Shown here: positions 57,345-64,000 of the stretch, piece by piece
Numbering within the stretch: position 1 is the first letter of the stretch
Layout of the letters: every line of letters starts with the position of its first letter
Source of the DNA: an uncultured Gammaproteobacteria bacterium
GTDB taxonomy: Bacteria > Pseudomonadota > Gammaproteobacteria > Magnimaribacterales > D2472
NCBI GenBank assembly: GCA_964417685.1
Contig: CAYQIT010000001.1
Span: 17,157-81,156, forward strand
Reading direction: 5' to 3'
Length of the DNA: 64,000 nucleotides
Program-made: the position numbers and the translations under genes
Notes under the pieces: generated by a model
What the model was told of the DNA's origin: nothing
Databases searched by the model: none
The model's input: only the letters and a program-made list of their open reading frames with translations

Positions 57345-57509
57345 TTACGTAAAGAATCTTGTAATGGCAATAATTAAAATAATAAACACACTATTTAATA
57401 ATATAAATAAAAGCACGAGTTTCTTGATAGTGAAGTTATTTAGATCTTTATTAAGCTCGTTACTATTTCTTACACCAAGAAGGCCATATATAATTCTTTT
57501 AAACCACAT
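57345..57509 (-). CDS. small membrane protein, DUF2970-like
   Basis: Not in the ORF track because it is 54 aa. My translation is MWFKRIIYGLLGVRNSNELNKDLNNFTIKKLVLLFILLNSVFIILIIAITRFFT: a basic N-terminus, a GV(R/Q)S motif and one C-terminal TM. Fills the gap between trmA and nfuA. Confidence 0.45.
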   Translation of the reverse strand: MWFKRIIYGLLGVRNSNELNKDLNNFTIKKLVLLFILLNSVFIILIIAITRFFT

Positions 57510-57520
57510 ATACTTATTTT

Positions 57521-58114
57521 ATGACAAATTTAATTAACATTACTAAAAGCGGTGAAGAATACCTAGCCAAGTTAATCAAAGATAAAAATGAAGATAATTT
57601 ATCCATAAGAATTTTTATTTCTGATCCGGGAACCCCTAAAGCTGAAACTTGTTTAGCTTATTGCAAAGAGGAAGAAGTAGTTCCTGATGATATGATAATG
57701 AATCTAGAATTAATTACTGTATATGTTGATAAAAGAAGCGTTCCTTTTCTAGAGGATGCTGAAGTTAATTTTGACACTGATAATTTTGGTGGTCAGTTAA
57801 CTATCAAAGCGCCTAATGCACGTCTTCCAAATATTTCTCCGGATAGTTCCGTTGAAGATCGAATCAATTATGTTATTTATAATGAAATTAACCCAATGCT
57901 TGAATCTCATGGCGGCGATGTTTCCTTATCTGAATTTACAGAGGATGGTGTTGCTGTCCTTCAATTTGGAGGAGGGTGCCAGGGTTGTGGGATGGTTGAC
58001 GTTACATTAAAAGAAGGTATTGAAAAAACCTTAATTGAACAAATACCTGAATTAACTGCTGTAAAGGATATAACTGATCATTCTATGGATGAGAATGCAT
58101 TTATTAAGTCTTAA
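57521..58114 (+). CDS. nfuA: Fe-S biogenesis protein NfuA
   Basis: Degenerate A-type N-domain plus an Nfu C-domain, LQFGGGCQGCGMVDVTLKEGIEK. Collinear with E. coli NfuA. Confidence 0.9.
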   Translation: MTNLINITKSGEEYLAKLIKDKNEDNLSIRIFISDPGTPKAETCLAYCKEEEVVPDDMIMNLELITVYVDKRSVPFLEDAEVNFDTDNFGGQLTIKAPNARLPNISPDSSVEDRINYVIYNEINPMLESHGGDVSLSEFTEDGVAVLQFGGGCQGCGMVDVTLKEGIEKTLIEQIPELTAVKDITDHSMDENAFIKS

Positions 58115-58968
58115 TTTATTTTACTAATTGAAATTAGTACACCAAACATTGGGTGATCAAAGTAATGAATTTCTTCATTAAATAATCTTCTGTCTTCATC
58201 AATGAAATAGATTAAGGTCTCAGATTTATTTTGCGAGAGAGTCTCTAAATCTTTTTTTCTATTTGAAATTGACGTAATTTCAACAAATTTATTATTCTTA
58301 TTTAAAGATAAATTTAGATCTAAATCTATATTATTATCTTTAGATTCATTGATAGCTTTTGCATCTAGCTCTTCAATATATCTATCTGTATTTAAATTTA
58401 TATGATTATTTTTTTCAACAAGAAGACCTAAATATGATTTCAGGTCAGCATGCAAATATCTATTCCTGTATAGATTAAGATAAAAACCATAATTTTCATT
58501 ATTAAAGGTCAGGTATTTAGATTCTTCTTTATAAGGAATATTTTGCTGCCAACTCATTGAATCTAGAAATATAAAGTCATCTGAAGATTCAAGTTTAGAT
58601 TTAAATTTTTTTAGTTTTTCTAAATTATCTGATCTTCTAAACCATTTTCGAGGGTTGGTTGTATTCCTTGATGATTTGCTTTCTATTGGCTTTTTCTTAT
58701 TTATTGAGATATTTGAAAGTAACTGTTGGAAGAAATTATCAGTTTGTTTTATATCAAAAGAACTTTTGTTCATATACAAATCAACATCTCTAAAGCCAAT
58801 GTGTTCTCCTTCTGGTTTTATGAATTGATCTGAAAATACTTCAGATTCATTGTTGCTATTATGTTTAAATATCAATAATTCTATTTGGTAACTATCTAAT
58901 GTCTCATTCGCATTAATATTCATGATTAATGCAGAACTTATTAGTAATGTGATATTAAATAATTTCAT
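58111..58968 (-). CDS. exported protein, possibly CsiV-family (peptidoglycan-binding)
   Basis: Signal peptide and a YQIELLIF motif near the mature N-terminus. Position immediately downstream of mfd resembles the Vibrio csiV arrangement. Recalled from memory. Confidence 0.4.
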   Translation of the reverse strand: MKLFNITLLISSALIMNINANETLDSYQIELLIFKHNSNNESEVFSDQFIKPEGEHIGFRDVDLYMNKSSFDIKQTDNFFQQLLSNISINKKKPIESKSSRNTTNPRKWFRRSDNLEKLKKFKSKLESSDDFIFLDSMSWQQNIPYKEESKYLTFNNENYGFYLNLYRNRYLHADLKSYLGLLVEKNNHINLNTDRYIEELDAKAINESKDNNIDLDLNLSLNKNNKFVEITSISNRKKDLETLSQNKSETLIYFIDEDRRLFNEEIHYFDHPMFGVLISISKIN

Positions 58969-61900
58969 TTAAGAATCTTATAACTTTTTCTCTTCTCAAT
59001 GAGCTATCAGGTTCAATTAATTTTATATTAAATTTATTTTGATTATCAAAATAATATCTATCTTGATTCTTTTTAGAGATATCCAGTAGTTTCATTAATA
59101 GCACATCGCTGATTGAATTTGATAGTTTAAGCGAAGTGCACTCAGTCGTTGATAAAAGCTTTGAGATGTTTAATACACCAATTAAATTATTAATCGTCGC
59201 ATTAAGAAGAAGGTTATTTGTTTCGATCGGTATTTTTCCGCATGTATCTTGCAAGTGTGATTTTATTTTATAGATATCTTCAGCTGAGTTGGCATCATAG
59301 ACTAATTTATAAATCTTCAATCTTTCAACTGTTGATGGCATATATGAATCACTAATAAACGCTGAGTCATAAAAATTAACATCTGTTTTTATTAATTCTG
59401 TGCTCGTTTTATTTTTATTTACCTGAATTGCAGACTTAAGCATTGAAAGGTATAGAGATAATCCTATTGATGAAATATGACCACTTTGCTTATCTCCAAG
59501 TATTTCACCCGAACCTCTTAATTCCATATCTTCTTGAGCTATAAAATATCCTGAACCTAATTTAGAATGTCTAATAATAGAATCGAGCCTATCTGATGCT
59601 ATTTTTGGTATCTCATTATGGGGAATTAAAAAATAACAATAACCTTGTTTATTTGACCTTCCAATTCTTCCTCTAATTTGATGAAGTTGTGCTAAACCAA
59701 GCTTATAAGAATCCTCTATAATCATAGTATTTGCATTAGCAATATCTAAACCCATCTCTACAATTGTTGTACAGATAAGAACATCTAATCCGCCCGAGCT
59801 AAATGCTTGCATAACTTCTGAGATTTCTTTCTTGTTCAGTCTTCCATGAGCAATACCAACTCTTAAATTAGGAAGTATCTTTAATATTCTGGATCTTAAT
59901 ATATCCATTTTTTCAATATTATTTTGCAGAACAAAACATTGTCCACCTCTTTGTATTTCTCGAGATATTGATTCTTTTAATATAGTGTCATCAGAAATTT
60001 TTAAAAATGATTTTATTGATAACCTATTTACTGGAGGGGTATTTAAAAAAGAAAACTCCTTTAAACCTGAGAAAACAAAATTCATTGTTCTTGGAATGGG
60101 AGTTGCTGATAAATATAGTATATGAATATTATCTTGTTTGGATTTAATTAAATCTTTTTGTTTTATACCAAATCTATGTTCTTCATCAACAACAAGTAAA
60201 CCAGTATTAGAATAATCAATATTTTGATTAAATATCGCATGTGTTGTAATTAAAATATCTATATTCGCTGAATTATAAGAAGTAATTATGTTTTCCTTAT
60301 TCTTATGACTAACATGTCTTGTTAATAACTCGATATTTACAGGAAAACTATTAAATCTCTCTAGAAACGTTTCATAGTGCTGTTTTGCTAAGATAGTACT
60401 TGGGCATAAAACTATTACTTGTTTTTCAGAGAATACACCTATAAATGAAGCTCTCATTGCTACTTCTGTTTTACCAAACCCAACATCACCACACAATAAT
60501 CTATTCATTGGTTTAATTAATTCCATATCTCTTCTAATGGAGTTAACTGCACTCAATTGATCTGAGGTTTCGGTATAAGGAAATTCATCATTAAATTTAT
60601 TAAAGTCATTATCACTAATTCGTAAACTAATCGATGATGAGTTTGCTCTTCTTGATTCCATATCAAGTATCTCAGCAGCATGATCATATGCTTGTTTTAA
60701 AGCCTTATCTTTTTTCTTTAACCATTTATTTGAAGATATTGAATCGAGCTCTATGTCGTCTGATAACAATGATTTATGATATTTAGATAATAGATTTATG
60801 TTTCTAAGTGGAACATAAAGTCTTTCGTCATTGGCATATTTAATCTTAATATACTCATTCGATACGCTATCTGTTTTCACCACCTCAAGGCATTCATATT
60901 GCCCTAATCCATATTTTTCATGAATCAGTAAGTCACCGTTTTTAAAAGGATTGAAATCAATAATTTCTTTGTTATTACTAGTAACATCATTCGAATTTAA
61001 ATTCTCTAAATCAGCATATTTATCACTGTGTATTACTAATATTTCTCCTTTGATAGCTAAAGGCCTAACTTTTGGATGTTTTTTTACATAAATTCCACTA
61101 TTTAGTTCATTTATCTTATTGCTTAGATCTTTGCATTTAAAATCAAGTTCATCTTTAATTTCATTTATTTCTGATGTTATATCTGATAACAAAACAATCT
61201 TTTTAAATTTATTTAAATATTCACTTGGGTTCTTGATAAGTGTTTCAATACCTACTGGGTTTGAATAATCATTCTCATATGTATCGTATTGAATATTTGA
61301 ACTAAGGAAGTTAGTTATTTCATTATGATCTGTAAAAAGATCTTTAGGGCTTATTAAAGGTCTATTTATATCAATATTTTCATCCTCATATCTTTGATCT
61401 ATGTAATTGTTATAACTTCCCAAATCATCATAAAAATTTATGAATTTAAAGTTATCAAATATTTCTATAAATGACTTGGTCTCTGTAAAGAAAAACGGCA
61501 AGTAAATTTCTAAACCTTCTGGATATAAACCTTTAGATACTTTGTTAAAAATTTCACAATTTCTTTCGTCATAGTTGACAAAGTAATCTCTCCATTTTTG
61601 TTTAAATAACTCAATTGAAGTTTCATTTAATGGTATATAAGAGCCATTGCTTAACTTAAATGTATCTAGTGTCGTTATTGATGATTGAGATAATTTGTCA
61701 AAAAACCTTATTGATTCTATTGTTGTATCAAAAAACTCAACTCTTATTGGGTTTTTGTAAATAGGTGAAAAAAAATCAACAATACCACCTCTATGAGCAT
61801 ACTGATTAATTTTTTCAACCCTATCATTTCTTTCAAAATTGAAAGCTTCTAATACTTTTAAAAACCTATTAATAGAAATTTCATCATCTAATGTAAATGT

Positions 61901-62230
61901 TCTTAAAGTTTTAAAATAATCTTTTGATGGAAATCTTTCATATAACGATCTTATGGTTGTTATTAAAATAATTTTATTTGTATTATTTAATGCCTTAAAT
62001 CTTAATTTAATTATATCTTCAGGAATTGAAAAATGGTCATATGGAAGCATTTCGTTTTCAGGAAACAGCATAACCTCATCATTTTGTAGATATAGCCTTA
62101 TCTCATTAAATAACTCTTGAGCTGATTTTGCATCTTGTGTAATTACGCACAAAGACTGATCAGTATTGTAAAAATTTTTGCACAGCAAGTGTGCAAACCT
62201 ATGATCATTGGCTTTGTTATTTTTATTCAT
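58955..62230 (-). CDS. mfd: transcription-repair coupling factor
   Basis: UvrB-homology N-region, RID, superfamily-2 translocase motifs (LLCGDVGFGKTEVA, VVDEEHRFG, SATPIPRT, QLHQIRGRIGR) and the TRG motif region; 1091 aa. Confidence 0.95.
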   Translation of the reverse strand: MNKNNKANDHRFAHLLCKNFYNTDQSLCVITQDAKSAQELFNEIRLYLQNDEVMLFPENEMLPYDHFSIPEDIIKLRFKALNNTNKIILITTIRSLYERFPSKDYFKTLRTFTLDDEISINRFLKVLEAFNFERNDRVEKINQYAHRGGIVDFFSPIYKNPIRVEFFDTTIESIRFFDKLSQSSITTLDTFKLSNGSYIPLNETSIELFKQKWRDYFVNYDERNCEIFNKVSKGLYPEGLEIYLPFFFTETKSFIEIFDNFKFINFYDDLGSYNNYIDQRYEDENIDINRPLISPKDLFTDHNEITNFLSSNIQYDTYENDYSNPVGIETLIKNPSEYLNKFKKIVLLSDITSEINEIKDELDFKCKDLSNKINELNSGIYVKKHPKVRPLAIKGEILVIHSDKYADLENLNSNDVTSNNKEIIDFNPFKNGDLLIHEKYGLGQYECLEVVKTDSVSNEYIKIKYANDERLYVPLRNINLLSKYHKSLLSDDIELDSISSNKWLKKKDKALKQAYDHAAEILDMESRRANSSSISLRISDNDFNKFNDEFPYTETSDQLSAVNSIRRDMELIKPMNRLLCGDVGFGKTEVAMRASFIGVFSEKQVIVLCPSTILAKQHYETFLERFNSFPVNIELLTRHVSHKNKENIITSYNSANIDILITTHAIFNQNIDYSNTGLLVVDEEHRFGIKQKDLIKSKQDNIHILYLSATPIPRTMNFVFSGLKEFSFLNTPPVNRLSIKSFLKISDDTILKESISREIQRGGQCFVLQNNIEKMDILRSRILKILPNLRVGIAHGRLNKKEISEVMQAFSSGGLDVLICTTIVEMGLDIANANTMIIEDSYKLGLAQLHQIRGRIGRSNKQGYCYFLIPHNEIPKIASDRLDSIIRHSKLGSGYFIAQEDMELRGSGEILGDKQSGHISSIGLSLYLSMLKSAIQVNKNKTSTELIKTDVNFYDSAFISDSYMPSTVERLKIYKLVYDANSAEDIYKIKSHLQDTCGKIPIETNNLLLNATINNLIGVLNISKLLSTTECTSLKLSNSISDVLLMKLLDISKKNQDRYYFDNQNKFNIKLIEPDSSLRREKVIRFLNEII

Positions 62231-62288
62231 TGAGTTGTGTATAATAATTGTCTATTTTATCAATCAAAAAAGAAAACAAAAGGAAACT

Positions 62289-63461
62289 ATGGATATTAAT
62301 TTCACTCAAGAAGATTTGCAGTTTAGAGATGAGATAAGAGATTGGCTAGAAAACGGTGGCTACCCATCTCATGTTAAACATAAGACAGATAATGGCATCG
62401 CTCTAACTAAACAAGATATGATCGACTTTCATAAAGCAGTTTCTGCTAAAGGTTGGATGGGTTATAACTGGCCAGTAGAGTATGGTGGAACAGGCTGGTC
62501 TGCAACACAGCTATATATTTTCAATAAAGAATTTGGTTTAGGAGGGTGTCCGCCTCTTTTAGCTTTTGGTGTAAGTATGGTAGCTCCAGTCATCTATACA
62601 TTTGGTAATGACGAACAGAAAAAAAGATTCCTGCCAGATATCTTAGATTTTAATACTTGGTGGTGCCAAGGCTATTCAGAACCTGGGTCAGGATCAGATC
62701 TAGCATCTTTAAAAACAAAAGCAGTAAGAGATGGTGATCATTTTATTATTAATGGTGCAAAAACTTGGACTACTCTTGCTCAAAATGCTGACTGGATATT
62801 TGTACTCGTTAGAACAGAAAATACCGGTAAAAAGCAAGAGGGTATATCATTTATTCTTGTTGACATGAAAACGCCTGGCATTGAAGTGAAGCCTATTATA
62901 ACAATTGATGGTGATCATGAAGTTAATTCTGTATTTTTCACTGATGTTAAAGTTCCTGCAGAAAACCTGGTTGGTGAAGAAGGAAAAGGGTGGACATATG
63001 CTAAATTTTTACTCGCTCATGAAAGGTTTGGTATTGCAGCAATCGGAACTTCTTTAAGACAATTAAAGAGACTAAAAAAAATAGTAAGTGAATTGAATAA
63101 TCCTGAACTTGAAAAGAAAGTTACTGAATTAGAGATTAGCGTCAATGCTCTAGAAATGACAGAGCTGCGATTGCTATCAGCTCTAGAAAACGGCGGTCAT
63201 CCTGGAGCAGAGTCTTCTATATTAAAAATTAAAGGTACTGAAATTCAACAAACGCTTACAGAGTTATTTGTTGAAGCGGCTGGGGAATATGCTTTGATGT
63301 ATCCTGGCCCCCATGGTTTTGAGGGAAATGAGACACCTGAGGGTCCTGATTTTGTTGCACAAAGCATTTCTGCTTTCTTAAATATGAGAAAAGTATCAAT
63401 ATATGGTGGGAGTAATGAAATCCAAAAAAACATTATTTCTAAATTTGTTCTAGGAGTATAA
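62289..63461 (+). CDS. acyl-CoA dehydrogenase
   Basis: Start moved to ATG 62289 (RBS AAGGAA); the track extension overlaps mfd. WWCQGYSEPGSGSDLAS, ING.KTWTT and C-terminal IYGGSNEIQKNII motifs. Confidence 0.85.
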   Translation: MDINFTQEDLQFRDEIRDWLENGGYPSHVKHKTDNGIALTKQDMIDFHKAVSAKGWMGYNWPVEYGGTGWSATQLYIFNKEFGLGGCPPLLAFGVSMVAPVIYTFGNDEQKKRFLPDILDFNTWWCQGYSEPGSGSDLASLKTKAVRDGDHFIINGAKTWTTLAQNADWIFVLVRTENTGKKQEGISFILVDMKTPGIEVKPIITIDGDHEVNSVFFTDVKVPAENLVGEEGKGWTYAKFLLAHERFGIAAIGTSLRQLKRLKKIVSELNNPELEKKVTELEISVNALEMTELRLLSALENGGHPGAESSILKIKGTEIQQTLTELFVEAAGEYALMYPGPHGFEGNETPEGPDFVAQSISAFLNMRKVSIYGGSNEIQKNIISKFVLGV

Positions 63462-63463
63462 AA

Positions 63464-64000
63464 ATGAATTTAAATTTTAGTGAAGAGCAACTTATGCTCA
63501 AAGAGCAAATTCAAAAATTCTGTGAATCTGATTATGATTTTTACAAGAGAGAGGATGTTGTTAAGTCCGAAAAGGACTTTGATGAAAATGTATGGAACTT
63601 ATTCGCTGAACAGGGGTGGTTATCAATGCCTTTTTCTGAAGAATCTGGTGGTTTTGGGTTTGGTGCAATTGAACTATCAATTTTATTTGAAGAGTTTGGA
63701 AAAGCACTCGTTATAGAACCTTATTTATCTACTGTGGTCCTTTCAGGCACTATTCTTGATAAATCATCTTATTCAAACAAATTAGATATAATTGAGTCTA
63801 TATGTTCTGGAGCCATGCATGTTTCCCTAGCATATGCAGAATCATCTAATAAATACGACTACCTTAATCCAGTAACTAATATTAATTCTGAAAATGTCTT
63901 AAATGGAACAAAAGCTTTAGTTCTTAATGGAGCAAATGCATCAAAAATTATTGTTTCTGCTACTTCAGATTCAGGCTTTACGTTAGCTATTGTTGATTCT
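63464..64000 (+). CDS. acyl-CoA dehydrogenase family protein, 3' end outside window
   Basis: Open frame from ATG 63464 to the window end, absent from the track because it has no stop. My translation is MNLNFSEEQLMLKEQIQKFCE...GWLSMPFSEESGGFGFG..LNGTKALVLNGANA, an ACAD N-domain pattern. Track ORF 63480..63716 is in another frame and is rejected. Confidence 0.75.
   Translation, partial: MNLNFSEEQLMLKEQIQKFCESDYDFYKREDVVKSEKDFDENVWNLFAEQGWLSMPFSEESGGFGFGAIELSILFEEFGKALVIEPYLSTVVLSGTILDKSSYSNKLDIIESICSGAMHVSLAYAESSNKYDYLNPVTNINSENVLNGTKALVLNGANASKIIVSATSDSGFTLAIVDS

Overview
This is an AT-rich, very gene-dense chromosomal segment with about 70 protein genes and 3 tRNAs. Most intergenic gaps are under 100 bp and many genes overlap by 1-14 bp. 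It reads as core genome of a streamlined, marine-type gammaproteobacterium. That is an inference from gene order (rne<>rluC-rpmF-fabD-fabG-acpP-fabF-mltG-tmk-holB, metG<>mrp, grxD/rnt, csiV-like-mfd), from NhaB/NfuA/TrmA, and from an E. coli-type CTGT-N8-ACAG LexA box. The TonB-dependent receptor, GH16 laminarinase, acyl-CoA dehydrogenases and AMACR-like gene fit a SAR86/oligotrophic-gamma lifestyle, but I cannot name the organism. Content in order: CoA-transferase, tatD, thioesterase-like; a MoxR-VWA-permease, ABC-2 exporter and queF array; tRNA-Ser; a short orphan segment; DMT(EamA)-rhodanese; TonB-dependent receptor; tRNA-Arg(UCG); a DUF3604-parvulin-HupE module; coaBC-panBCD; MBL hydrolase; rhlE; yhiN-like; ABC-F; tRNA-Arg(ACG); Trm112-like; cofE-like; pdxJ; grxD; rnt; RnfB-like ferredoxin and FNR; metG; mrp; mlaA; dusA; nhaB; nudC; rne; the fab cluster; SDR; grx; AGCS symporter; GH16; a his operon (YerC-like, hisG, hisD::hisB fusion, hisH-A-F-IE); trmA; nfuA; csiV-like; mfd; and two acyl-CoA dehydrogenases. 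I found no rRNA, CRISPR, transposase, integrase, phage or recognisable defence genes. I do not see a convincing large novel multi-gene system. The most unusual locus is the orphan segment 3' of tRNA-Ser (8.35-9.82 kb). It holds a truncated wHTH gene and a membrane protein gene. It also holds a near-consensus LexA operator inside a strong promoter that drives a leaderless 69-codon orphan ORF. After that comes the longest non-coding stretch of the window, which folds into an antiterminator/terminator switch that buries the SD of the DMT-rhodanese operon. Other second-look items are a HisD-IGP dehydratase fusion, a YerC/TrpR-like gene heading the his operon, and twin tRNA-Arg genes differing at the anticodon. 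Further items are an orphan CofE-like ligase, a cysteine-free Mrp/ApbC, the DUF3604-PPIase-HupE and MoxR-VWA-permease modules, and overlap at every convergent protein-gene junction. All family assignments come from motif recognition by eye; no database search was possible.
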